Shown here: piece after piece, positions 21,090 to 30,376 of the stretch | How positions within the stretch are numbered: the first letter of the stretch is position 1 | Layout of the letters: each line of letters opens with the position of its first letter | IMG/VR virus record: IMGVR_UViG_3300017788_002590 | Coordinates: 5,461-69,460 of that record | Source of the DNA: a virus | Length of the DNA: 64,000 nt | Strand: one strand, 5' to 3' | The notes under the pieces: model-generated | Told to the model about the DNA's origin: nothing | Seen by the model: only the letters and a program-made list of their open reading frames with translations | The model's database searches: none | Translations under genes and position numbers: made by a program

Positions 21090-22183
21090 ATTTTTGCTCC
21101 AATTGATTTGAAAGAATAGTCTGATAAAGTATCTATTCTCATTTGAGTATTATAATTCTTTTTATCTGTTTTATAGAGAGCGTAAATTTTTTGCATATTT
21201 TCTATTAGATTAAAGACGACAGGAGAATAAATAAATTCACTACTATTGTATGAATCATATTCCTCCATTAACGGAGGAGTTGGCATAATTAGAGGACATT
21301 TAACTGATTTAGTTATAATTCCTCCATTTTTGCCTAGAATATCCGCAAGGCCAGTATTTTGCATTACTATAGGAGTTTTGCCTAAGTAAGAAGATATGAG
21401 TGTTTGCTTACAAAAATTATCTGTAGATTTTAAGTTAATGAAACAATTGCCTGTATTATGTATGCTCATAATAGACTTTTCGTCATCCGATCGTCCAACA
21501 ATAATCTCGCTACGGTATGCTTTATTGACTCTTAGTGTTTCTTTGATTTTTTTACTTAGTTCCTGTATATGTTTTATCGTATTTTGATCTTCAGTTTTTA
21601 TTAGTAACGAAACACCATCTTGTTCATTAAAAGCTAAGTGAAAAGCTGTTATTATTTTATCTAGATTGGATATGGGATCTGGACCAGCAAAACAATAAAA
21701 AATAAAATTACGCTTTATATTGTGAGGAATAGGCAACTGATTCGATTCTATGTTGTTATCGACAATGTCGGTATCTATTGCTTCGGGCACAATACTAATT
21801 TTTGTTTTAACGCCTGATTGTTCCAAGCTCTTTTTTTCTGTTGTAGTTGAAACGTATATTTCGTCTAGTCTATTAAGCAACAGTATGTTTTTTGAATTAG
21901 TCCAATTTCCCGTTTCTACTGTTATAATTCCAATATTTTTAACAGAAGAGTTAATATGCAGATTCGACGGAAGAACCTTTTGTATGACTGTATCATAATT
22001 ACTATAGTAACTATTTTCGTATTCTAATATGGTTTGGTCAACATTAATAGTATTAGGAATATAATATACAGGCCTAATGGTTAGTTGTATATCTTTGTTA
22101 TATGAGATCGCCTTGATCCAATCTCTGGATGATCTACCCCAACCATCATTTTGTCTGTATGGAGCAACAAACAAAACTTTCAT
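21080..22183 (-). CDS. GT4-like glycosyltransferase
   Basis: MKVLFVAPY, VPEAID, SIHNTGNCFINL...YLGKTPIV; donor-binding motif degenerate. Confidence 0.65.
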   Translation of the reverse strand: MKVLFVAPYRQNDGWGRSSRDWIKAISYNKDIQLTIRPVYYIPNTINVDQTILEYENSYYSNYDTVIQKVLPSNLHINSSVKNIGIITVETGNWTNSKNILLLNRLDEIYVSTTTEKKSLEQSGVKTKISIVPEAIDTDIVDNNIESNQLPIPHNIKRNFIFYCFAGPDPISNLDKIITAFHLAFNEQDGVSLLIKTEDQNTIKHIQELSKKIKETLRVNKAYRSEIIVGRSDDEKSIMSIHNTGNCFINLKSTDNFCKQTLISSYLGKTPIVMQNTGLADILGKNGGIITKSVKCPLIMPTPPLMEEYDSYNSSEFIYSPVVFNLIENMQKIYALYKTDKKNYNTQMRIDTLSDYSFKSIGAKICN

Positions 22184-23868
22184 TTGATACTCTCTTTCAT
22201 TTTTGCGTATTGTATAAAGTCTTCTTGAGAAAGTAAATGCTGCTGGCTTAGAGCATCCATAGCTAAATTGTGGTTGTGTACTATGTTATTGAGCATACTC
22301 AATGTTTGCTGTATTGTGTACGGTTGTGTTTGCATACCATTCAACACGAATCCATAATTTATGTCTCGAATACTATTAAGCAATAAAGAAGAGGATAAAA
22401 TTTGATGGTTACCCATTTTTTGGGTTACTATTCTCGTAATATTTTGATGAACAGTTTGTTTCGAATCAAAATCCGATTCTGTCAAAGGATTCAATTTGGG
22501 TAACGGCTGGTTCCATTTACCTTGTAAGTTTACCAATTTAACATTGTCTAGATAATTTTCCCATTTCTTGGCAATATCATCCCAGTTATAATGCTGTTCA
22601 GTTAATTTACGAGTTTCAAATCTTTTTTGTTCCTGTATAAATTCTGGTTGATTAATAAAATTGTGCAAAATACTAACTAAACTATCGTCATCCGGATAAA
22701 CTCTAATAGCCTTGGTTTCAAGCTCTCTAAAATATTGATTAACAGCTATTGGAAAAGCATCTAGGTTTTTGATTATATCTTGCATAGCACTATAGTCTAC
22801 TGTGGCTATAGGAACACCAGCAGCACCGGCTTCTACTTGGGGCATACCAAAACCTTCGCATATCGCATACTGAACATACATATCCATTGTATTGTAAATA
22901 GTATTAAGTTCAGCTTGACTAATTCCATGACTGACATTAGGCATAGAAAAAGCCTTTTGTCCACACCTAGGACAGATAGCCATAGGGTGCTGGTATAAGG
23001 ATGGGCCATAGAAGCCGCAATGTTTGCATGAATATGTAAATAATACCTTATTTCCTATCTCATATTCCTTGAGAAATAAAGGAATATCCCATCCAGCGTC
23101 AGGATAACTAGTATGTAAATATATAAGAATTTTGCCAGCTTTTGGATGATTTTCTTGATGTAGTTTATCTATAAATTTTTTAACAGCAACGCATAGTTCT
23201 GGTATTAATTTACGTTTTTGATTCCTCATTACTGCGCCGATAATAAAAGAATCCGGATCAAGATTCATAGCAGATTTTAACGCTTTTCTCTGATCTTTTG
23301 GTAGTGGCACAAATACATCTAAATTTACGCCAGGAGAAGTTGTGGAGATATAGTTGATTCTGCTATTACTTTGTGATTTAAGAGTATCTCTACCAAAATC
23401 AGAATATGTCATTATTGCATCAGCATGAACAAATGTGTCTATCCATTCTTCTTGCTGAGGAGCCGAATCAACCGTCGGCATAAGAATCCAATGGAAATAT
23501 GGTCGATATGGACTAAACTGCTGATAAGAATTCATCCAATAGTCTCTAACATCTATTACAATATCCGGTTGAAAATCTAGCAAAACTCTTTCGAATCTCC
23601 ATCTTCCAAATTGGTTTTCCATACTAGAATTATATTCTTGACTTCTAGGGTCGTTACCCTCAACAGCATTTGCATAGTATTTCCAGTGTATGTTGCTATC
23701 TTTTGGATCGTTAACCTTACCATAGCAAGCAAACTCAGCTATCTCATATTTGTTGGTATTATGTAAACGAGATAGAATTTCATTAGCATATGTACCAAAG
23801 CCAGAACTCAGAAAACTCGCTTCGGAAACCATCAAAACTTTTATTTTTTTTTGTTGTTGTTTGTCCAT
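22180..23868 (-). CDS. GT4 glycosyltransferase with inserted zinc ribbon
   Basis: SGFGTY, RNQKRK, intact EGFGMPQVEAGAAGVP motif, inserted CKHC...CPRC. Start likely ATG 23868; the ORF-track start at 23895 lies in the terminator region. Confidence 0.8.
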   Translation of the reverse strand: MDKQQQKKIKVLMVSEASFLSSGFGTYANEILSRLHNTNKYEIAEFACYGKVNDPKDSNIHWKYYANAVEGNDPRSQEYNSSMENQFGRWRFERVLLDFQPDIVIDVRDYWMNSYQQFSPYRPYFHWILMPTVDSAPQQEEWIDTFVHADAIMTYSDFGRDTLKSQSNSRINYISTTSPGVNLDVFVPLPKDQRKALKSAMNLDPDSFIIGAVMRNQKRKLIPELCVAVKKFIDKLHQENHPKAGKILIYLHTSYPDAGWDIPLFLKEYEIGNKVLFTYSCKHCGFYGPSLYQHPMAICPRCGQKAFSMPNVSHGISQAELNTIYNTMDMYVQYAICEGFGMPQVEAGAAGVPIATVDYSAMQDIIKNLDAFPIAVNQYFRELETKAIRVYPDDDSLVSILHNFINQPEFIQEQKRFETRKLTEQHYNWDDIAKKWENYLDNVKLVNLQGKWNQPLPKLNPLTESDFDSKQTVHQNITRIVTQKMGNHQILSSSLLLNSIRDINYGFVLNGMQTQPYTIQQTLSMLNNIVHNHNLAMDALSQQHLLSQEDFIQYAKMKESIK

Positions 23869-23891
23869 GGTATTATAATATGTGTAGTAAA

Positions 23892-23929
23892 CCATAAAAC
23901 AGGGGTACTCTGGCTACCCCTGATTATGG
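23892..23929 (-). terminator. Rho-independent terminator after ssb
   Basis: On the - strand: CAGGGGTA-gccagag-TACCCCTG followed by TTTT. Core stem 23900-23922, with CCATAA/TTATGG outer pairing. Confidence 0.7.
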
Positions 23930-23947
23930 CCTACTTTAGATTATTGC

Positions 23948-24325
23948 TCAGAATGCGACCGGTTCGCTCTGAGAGACTTCTTCCTTTTCTGAAGCAGATA
24001 GTCTGGTGATTTTGGAGAAGTTATTTACGCGAACCTTGAGTGAATTGTGCTTGACACCGTCCTTTTGCCAAGAATCATTTCTCAAAGCTCCTTCCACCAG
24101 AACCAAATCGCCCTTCTTAAAGGACTTGCCTATAATCTCGGCCCCGGAGTCCCAAGCTTCGCACGGAACAAAAGTTGTTATCTTATCCTTTTCTCCATTT
24201 GATTTAACGTACTCCCTTGAAACCGCAATAGTAAAATTGACAACCGATGTGCTCTTCCCGTTAGTTGTTACAGTTCGTAGATCGGGATCTCTTGCTAAAT
24301 TACCTCGTAATATATTGATATTCAT
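23948..24325 (-). CDS. ssb: Single-stranded DNA-binding protein
   Basis: LRGNLARDPDLR, FTIAVSR, KGDLVLVEGAL, acidic tail ending EPVAF; AAGGAG RBS. Confidence 0.93.
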   Translation of the reverse strand: MNINILRGNLARDPDLRTVTTNGKSTSVVNFTIAVSREYVKSNGEKDKITTFVPCEAWDSGAEIIGKSFKKGDLVLVEGALRNDSWQKDGVKHNSLKVRVNNFSKITRLSASEKEEVSQSEPVAF

Positions 24326-24368
24326 ATCTGCTCCTTAAAAATGTAGAAAATAACCAAACCAATACTGT

Positions 24369-24397
24369 ATTATACCATGTCGTCGTTTGGGAGTCAA
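24369..24397 (-). promoter_or_regulatory. Sigma70-type promoter for ssb
   Basis: TTGACT (24397-24392), 17-nt spacer, TATAAT (24374-24369) with extended TG. The -35 overlaps the stop codon of the upstream polymerase gene. Confidence 0.8.
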
Positions 24398-26016
24398 GTG
24401 CGTGGAATATAAGCTTTTTCAACTATAAAACTATCTCCCGAATTGTTTTTCTTTCCTTGTAGAATTACAACATTATGATCAAATAAAATATTCCTATATG
24501 TTTTGTAGGCATCGGGAAAAAATATGACACTGTCTATGGATCCATAACTATCTGATAATGTAACAAATGCCATCTCGGATCCAGGGCTTTTGCCAGTTTT
24601 TGTTTTTGTAACACTAATATTATCTATTTCTCCACAAATCAATAGGTTTTCTCTATTAAGAATAGTTTTAAACTCTTTACAATTACAATTTGTCATACTT
24701 ACATCATACATATCTACTTTAGAACAAGTGATACTACAACCTAAAATCTCTTCCTCAGAATCAGATAACCATTCTGCACTATCATCCATCGAATATGGCG
24801 GAAAAGCCAAAGTATCTATTAATCCATTAATAGCATCAATTCTTTTTTTTGTTGTTCTTGGTTTATTTTTTAAAGACTGTAGACCATTTTTTAACGAGTT
24901 ATCAGATTTGGTATTCATTTGAATGAATTGTTGTTCACTTTTTGTTAATGAGCTTGCTATATCAAATTCAAACATCATAGATGTTCTAGTTTTTTTACAA
25001 AAAGATAATGCTCCACTTTTAATTAAGGCTTTAGCAGACATAGAGTTTATATTTAGTAGTATGTCGAATAATAGTTCGTACCAAGAAATCGATTGTAAAT
25101 CTATATTTTTTTGGACTATGATATCTTTTAGTTTTGAGAAAACAGAATTGCCAAAACCTTTGATATCTGTTAAACCAAAATATATGCACTGATTTTTTAG
25201 TATAAAAAATTCATTAAGATTTCTTAAGTCAGGAATACAAACCGATATATCCATTTCGTTAGCATTCTGAACTAGTTCCTTAATTTCTGCTTTTGGATTA
25301 ATCTTGTCTTTGGCAAAACGCAGATATGATGCAAAAAATATTTTAGGGAAATGTGCTTTTGTAAAAGCTGATAGATAAGCATTCATAGCATACGATACAG
25401 CATGGCTTTTATTAAAAGAATATCTTTGGCTTTTTTCTATCCATCCGAAAATTTCTTCTGCTTGTTTAATATTTACTGTGCCTAACTTATCACATCCATC
25501 TAAGAATTTAGTTTTAAGTTTTGCCATTTCTTCTGGTTTTTTCTTTCCTATAGCTTTTCTTAAACTATCTGCTTCTTGTAAGTCGAAACCAGCTATAATT
25601 TTGGCTATTTCCATGGCTTGTTCCTGATATATCATTTCTCCATATGTTTTTTTTAGAATTGGTTCTAATGATGGATGATAATAGTCTACAGATTCTTGTC
25701 CATTTTTTTTGTCTATATAATGATTGCTAACGGTTTTACCATCTCTAATAGCTTCCAAGCATCCTGGTCTTAGAATACTAATCAAAGCCGATAGTTGCTC
25801 TATGTTTTTAGGTTTTAGTTTTTTTGCCATAGACCTACCAAGTCTAGACTCAAGCTGAAAACATCCTTTTGTATTTCCTTCTGAAATTAAATCCCATGTC
25901 ATATTACAGTCTAAATTTAGAGTGTCATTAATTGGATCAAAGTCTATCAATGGATAGCCCTCTGTTTCCGAAATCACCTTAAATTTGCAACCACAAGGAT
26001 ATGTATAATACTTCAT
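24394..26016 (-). CDS. dnaE: DNA polymerase III alpha, C-terminal subunit (fingers, HhH, OB fold)
   Basis: GCFQLES, LISILRPG, YQEQAM, ADSLRKAIGKK, YSFNKSHAVSY, FGLTDIKGFG, MAFVTLSD. Confidence 0.9.
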   Translation of the reverse strand: MKYYTYPCGCKFKVISETEGYPLIDFDPINDTLNLDCNMTWDLISEGNTKGCFQLESRLGRSMAKKLKPKNIEQLSALISILRPGCLEAIRDGKTVSNHYIDKKNGQESVDYYHPSLEPILKKTYGEMIYQEQAMEIAKIIAGFDLQEADSLRKAIGKKKPEEMAKLKTKFLDGCDKLGTVNIKQAEEIFGWIEKSQRYSFNKSHAVSYAMNAYLSAFTKAHFPKIFFASYLRFAKDKINPKAEIKELVQNANEMDISVCIPDLRNLNEFFILKNQCIYFGLTDIKGFGNSVFSKLKDIIVQKNIDLQSISWYELLFDILLNINSMSAKALIKSGALSFCKKTRTSMMFEFDIASSLTKSEQQFIQMNTKSDNSLKNGLQSLKNKPRTTKKRIDAINGLIDTLAFPPYSMDDSAEWLSDSEEEILGCSITCSKVDMYDVSMTNCNCKEFKTILNRENLLICGEIDNISVTKTKTGKSPGSEMAFVTLSDSYGSIDSVIFFPDAYKTYRNILFDHNVVILQGKKNNSGDSFIVEKAYIPRT

Positions 26017-26708
26017 GTCTTATTTTTGAAAGAGTCCTTAAACTTGACTTTAGTAGACATTTTTCTGTGTAGTCTTAGAAATCGTATAAGTATTTCTGCA
26101 CAGTCTTTGACATCTTTTAAAGCATCATGAGCACCGTCTTTTGAGATTCCCAAATAATCTCTTAGCGTATCCATAGAATAATTTTTGAGATCATTATTTT
26201 GTTCGAACCAATAAAAAACTAAATTCATAATATCAATTATATCTCTAGGATAAAAAAGATTACTAGTATTTTCCTTATTTACATTATTGTGCTTTTTACT
26301 CAAACGATCAACTATTTTCATATCGAATCTGTATATATTATACCCAGCCGCTATAGGAGCGGAAAATTGACTTTTTTTACTAGCTCTAGTGTGGTATTTC
26401 ATCAAGTATTCAGTAAAAACCTTCCAAGAATGTTGTTGATTTGGATAGGTTAGCCACTGTTGTAAAATATTTTCTTTAGCACATCCTCTTACTTTGGCAT
26501 GAAAATCTAGAATATCTGTTTGGTATTCATATTTCTCGTCTTTCTCTAGAGGCTCGGGCTTTAAGAAAATATTACATTCGGAATCTGGTATAATTTCCAA
26601 ACTCAAAGGATCTATCATTATAGCGGCCAATTGTACGGGACTGCATTCGCTTGGATCGGTCCCGTCTGTTTCAAAATCGAAAACACAAATTTTGTTGTAA
26701 TTGATCAT
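26013..26708 (-). CDS. DEDDh 3'-5' exonuclease (DnaQ/epsilon-like)
   Basis: FDFETDG (ExoI), GYNIYRFD (ExoII), HDALKD (ExoIII). Confidence 0.88.
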   Translation of the reverse strand: MINYNKICVFDFETDGTDPSECSPVQLAAIMIDPLSLEIIPDSECNIFLKPEPLEKDEKYEYQTDILDFHAKVRGCAKENILQQWLTYPNQQHSWKVFTEYLMKYHTRASKKSQFSAPIAAGYNIYRFDMKIVDRLSKKHNNVNKENTSNLFYPRDIIDIMNLVFYWFEQNNDLKNYSMDTLRDYLGISKDGAHDALKDVKDCAEILIRFLRLHRKMSTKVKFKDSFKNKT

Positions 26709-26714
26709 TGATAG

Positions 26715-26885
26715 TCAGTCTACCTTTGTTACGTCGTTTGCTGGGACAATAAAAGCTTTTTCATTAGTTGCTATAACTTTTGCATTCAAAACTTTACAGC
26801 AGCTAATTCTTTCATCTGGAATTCTTATATATTCTATATTATCATATATAAATTTATCGTTAACTTGTAATTCATGGAATTTCAT
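26715..26885 (-). CDS. Small 56-aa hypothetical protein (not in ORF track)
   Basis: Manual translation: MKFHELQVNDKFIYDNIEYIRIPDERISCCKVLNAKVIATNEKAFIVPANDVTKVD*. AAGGAG RBS; fills the gap between dnaE-N and the exonuclease. Confidence 0.7.
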   Translation of the reverse strand: MKFHELQVNDKFIYDNIEYIRIPDERISCCKVLNAKVIATNEKAFIVPANDVTKVD

Positions 26886-26886
26886 T

Positions 26887-28761
26887 TTATGCTCCTTTTT
26901 GTAAAAGTTGTTGAATAGTCATAACCTTATCAAGCATTGCTACACCAAGAATATCGAATTTAATAATTCCAATAGATTCTAGATCTTGCATTTCCATACC
27001 GGCAATCATTTGATTATTTTTGGTATCATAAACCATAGGACATATTTCGTTTAATGGAGTAGCGCTGATAGCGATACCAGCGGCATGTTTAGATTGGTTA
27101 GATTTGGTGCCTTCTAATCTCATAGACTGATCAAATCTTTTTGCTAGCGGTCCCTGAGTTTCGCCCTTGTCGTCTAAATAGCACCATTCTTTGAGTTTAT
27201 CCGCATTGTTTTCTAATGCCCATCTAATAATTGATGCTTCGCCGGTTTCTTCTTTCATTTCTTGTAGCTCATCTGCTATTTTGGCTTCATCCGGAATATT
27301 TTTAGTTATATTATTCATTTCATCAAAAGACACGTTACCATAAACTCTCAGAACATCTTTTAGAGCACCTCTTCCTTTGATAGTATTAAATGTAATCATT
27401 TGTGATACTTTATCAGCACCGTATTGATTTTTAATATATTGAATTACATTTTCTCTCTGGTTAATTGGAACATCGACATCTATATCTGGCATAGAAATAT
27501 GATTGGAGGTATTTCTACCGGCGTTATAAAATCTATCAAACATTAGATTATATTCTATGGGATTAATATTCGTAATACCTATTAGGTATGACACCAAACA
27601 GCCAGCAGCGCTTCCTCTGCCAGGACCGGGAAGCCAATTATTATTACGAACATAATTTACAATATCTTGCACTATAAGAAAATAACTTGATAATCCAGCA
27701 CCTTGCAACACATCTAATTCATATTTAATGCGATCCACATATTGTGCTTGATTTTCTAGCGGTATTTGATTAGCTATTTTTTGTTTCCATCCTGTGCGAC
27801 ATAATTCTCTAAGATACTCCACATCGGTTTGTTGTTTTGGACACTTAAACGGAGGTAGATTAGGTGTGCTTAGTATATTGTATTCCTCGCATAAAGAATC
27901 TACTAGTTTAGTGTTCTCTATTTCTTCTTCGGTATGCAAATCATTGATTTCTTCCTGAGATAATATATGAAAATTATCTGAAAGAAAAAATGCAGATAGT
28001 GGAACTTTTTCGTTATTGGTAATTTTTCTATTGATCTCTGGAAATGTTGTTTTCAGATTATTACATAATAAAATTCTTTGATCAATAGCGTCGCTTTTAT
28101 TGCAATAATGAGCGTCTGGTGTGCATACTATCTTGGTTCCGGTTAAAAGACCGAGTTGTCTTGTACACTCGGTTAGTTTTTCTTGAATAGGAGCATTTTG
28201 CTTATCCATTAACTGAACCTCAAGAAAAAAATTGTTTTTCCCAAATATATCTTTCATAGTAGATATATGGTTTTCTCCGATATTTTTCCAATCGCTTATG
28301 ATATTATCGTCAGAAACTATTGAATCGGCTAATGTGGACCCCAAATGACCACTAATTCCGATTAGATTACCGTCTATTAAATCTTGTAGTTGTTGTAAAC
28401 TTAATCTTGGTTTATGGTAATAAAATTCTGGTTTATTAGACATAGAAACTATTTTAATTAAGTTTTTCCAGCCCTTATAGTTTTTAGCTAAAACCAGCAA
28501 ATGACTAAGAGATTTATTAGATTTATCTTGAATAGACGCATGGTTATCAGAAACATACAATTCGCACCCAAGAATTGGTTTGATGCCTCTACGCTTCATT
28601 TCTGTATAGAACTTGATGCTTCCGGCGATATTGCCATGATCCGTTAAGGCACAACTACTAACACCTATTTGTTCGCATCTGTCTGCTATCTGAGAAGGTT
28701 TAGATAAACCATCTAATAACGAGTACATAGAATGTACATGCAAAGGAATATATTGTTTCAT
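26887..28761 (-). CDS. dnaE: DNA polymerase III alpha, N-terminal subunit (PHP, palm, thumb)
   Basis: LHVHSMYSLLDG, TDHG, DAHY, GPGRGSAAGCLVSY, MPDIDVD, HAAG, KFDILG; stop shortly after KFDILG. Confidence 0.92.
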   Translation of the reverse strand: MKQYIPLHVHSMYSLLDGLSKPSQIADRCEQIGVSSCALTDHGNIAGSIKFYTEMKRRGIKPILGCELYVSDNHASIQDKSNKSLSHLLVLAKNYKGWKNLIKIVSMSNKPEFYYHKPRLSLQQLQDLIDGNLIGISGHLGSTLADSIVSDDNIISDWKNIGENHISTMKDIFGKNNFFLEVQLMDKQNAPIQEKLTECTRQLGLLTGTKIVCTPDAHYCNKSDAIDQRILLCNNLKTTFPEINRKITNNEKVPLSAFFLSDNFHILSQEEINDLHTEEEIENTKLVDSLCEEYNILSTPNLPPFKCPKQQTDVEYLRELCRTGWKQKIANQIPLENQAQYVDRIKYELDVLQGAGLSSYFLIVQDIVNYVRNNNWLPGPGRGSAAGCLVSYLIGITNINPIEYNLMFDRFYNAGRNTSNHISMPDIDVDVPINQRENVIQYIKNQYGADKVSQMITFNTIKGRGALKDVLRVYGNVSFDEMNNITKNIPDEAKIADELQEMKEETGEASIIRWALENNADKLKEWCYLDDKGETQGPLAKRFDQSMRLEGTKSNQSKHAAGIAISATPLNEICPMVYDTKNNQMIAGMEMQDLESIGIIKFDILGVAMLDKVMTIQQLLQKGA

Positions 28762-28763
28762 TT

Positions 28764-29801
28764 TCAGGTGCTACCAGGAGCCTTATATTGACCTATGTTA
28801 TAGTCTGGTCTTTTATATTCGGCAATAACGTTGTTTATACCTTTAATATTAATATCATGATATATTTGCTCACACTTATTCATACATGATCCTACAGGCG
28901 TAACCTGTCCATCCCTGTATTCAATAATAGGCTGATGCGTCGATTGCTCAAAGGTTGTTTTTCCAAAATGACACAGCTTATTGCATTTCCAAGTTTTGTG
29001 TCTTTCTGGTACTATTGTTTTTTTGATAGTGTCGAATTTATTTTTTAACATCATTTCTACTTTACTTAAATGACTTTTATCAAAACAAATAGAAAACATA
29101 CCGCCATCATTAATAAAATTGATAGAAATAATGATATTATCAATATCTGGATATAAATGTTGTATAGCATAGAAATATATCATTAGCTGAGGATCAGAAT
29201 TTAATTTGGCTAATGTTTTTTCTTCTCCTGTGGCCCAATCTAATCTGCGACCTGTTTTCCAGTCTATGACTTCGAGAGTAGAATCATTAACCCTGGTGAT
29301 TAAGTCTATTGTTCCTTTGATACCCAAATATCCATCTAGTTTTTCTGGTTGGTCGAAATGATATTTAGCCCACTCTTTTTTAATTTCTATGTCAAAATGT
29401 TGTTCTGGACTTACTATTTCTCTATTCCTAGGATCGAACATGCCATTGTTATATTCGAGAGCTTTATAAACCCACTTACGACAATCTTTATGATCTGTGA
29501 TTGACCATTCATGATGAGTAAAACGACTAGTATAATATTCATATACTTGATCAATAATTGTTTCTAGATCATAATTAACAATGTCTATTTGATTAATCAC
29601 ATCGTCATAAAAATACGGCCTGCCTTGTTGCGTACTCAGTTTTATCCATGCTAGAATTTCAAAAACCTTATGACAAATAGTGCCTTTATCTGCTTTTTTA
29701 TTAGAGGGGGATTTTAGACCTAAATTGTACTCTATGAAATATTGCATTGGACACATCGTGTGTGTCGCATAAGAGCTGCTACGTAAATATGTAATTATAA
29801 T
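28764..29801 (-). CDS. PD-(D/E)XK nuclease (RecB/AddB/Cas4-like), probable ATT start
   Basis: GTICH, GTIDL, IDWKTG, QLMIY, Cys near both ends. The in-frame extension IIITYLRSSSYATHT lies upstream of the first ATG (29756). Confidence 0.8.
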   Translation of the reverse strand: MIITYLRSSSYATHTMCPMQYFIEYNLGLKSPSNKKADKGTICHKVFEILAWIKLSTQQGRPYFYDDVINQIDIVNYDLETIIDQVYEYYTSRFTHHEWSITDHKDCRKWVYKALEYNNGMFDPRNREIVSPEQHFDIEIKKEWAKYHFDQPEKLDGYLGIKGTIDLITRVNDSTLEVIDWKTGRRLDWATGEEKTLAKLNSDPQLMIYFYAIQHLYPDIDNIIISINFINDGGMFSICFDKSHLSKVEMMLKNKFDTIKKTIVPERHKTWKCNKLCHFGKTTFEQSTHQPIIEYRDGQVTPVGSCMNKCEQIYHDINIKGINNVIAEYKRPDYNIGQYKAPGST

Positions 29802-30376
29802 GGTAGTATTCCTTTATCTATAAGAAAATTATGTATTTGTTGGTTTTGTGTAGAAATGGTCATATGATCATTGCTTATGACTAAATCAAAATTATTTTGA
29901 TCATAATTATCTAAGTCCAAAGCCGTTTCGCTACTGTGATCTGACCCAAATGGGTTCCTGGTGAGTTTTATAACCGAACCCCCAGCCTTTTTAATAGCTT
30001 CCACCTCATTGGGAAATCTACAGTCAGCAATTATAGCCAAATCATAATTGTCATTTTGAATTCTGCGTATTGTTGCTTCGGACCATACATTATGCTTTAA
30101 AGATCTAAACATATCCGTTCCAACCATTTGCAAAACTTCTCTAGCAGATAGTTGTTTATTATTCCAATAGCAATCGACTAATTCGTTTTTATCTGTGTCA
30201 GAACCATAGCATTGTTGGTGAGATAACCCAAGAATATCTATACATAGTTGTTTGAGGGGATCAGCAAAATTGTATATATGGGCTTCGCCCAATAAATTAC
30301 CAGTAAACACATTGGCTACAAATTCAGAACAGGTTGTTTTACCAGATTGTTTTCTGCCTGCAAAAGCGATTATCAT
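29795..30376 (-). CDS. Deoxynucleoside monophosphate kinase
   Basis: GRKQSGKT P-loop, FADPLK, REVLQMVGT, DCRFPNE, HSSE. Confidence 0.88.
   Translation of the reverse strand: MIIAFAGRKQSGKTTCSEFVANVFTGNLLGEAHIYNFADPLKQLCIDILGLSHQQCYGSDTDKNELVDCYWNNKQLSAREVLQMVGTDMFRSLKHNVWSEATIRRIQNDNYDLAIIADCRFPNEVEAIKKAGGSVIKLTRNPFGSDHSSETALDLDNYDQNNFDLVISNDHMTISTQNQQIHNFLIDKGILPL

Noticed and set aside
26017-26886. Intron or split intein joining the dnaE halves
   Set aside because: The gap is filled by two ORFs with almost no non-coding space, and no intein N- or C-terminal motifs are present.
28764-29801. Cas4 of a CRISPR system
   Set aside because: No repeat-spacer array or other cas genes were seen; the replication context fits a stand-alone phage nuclease.
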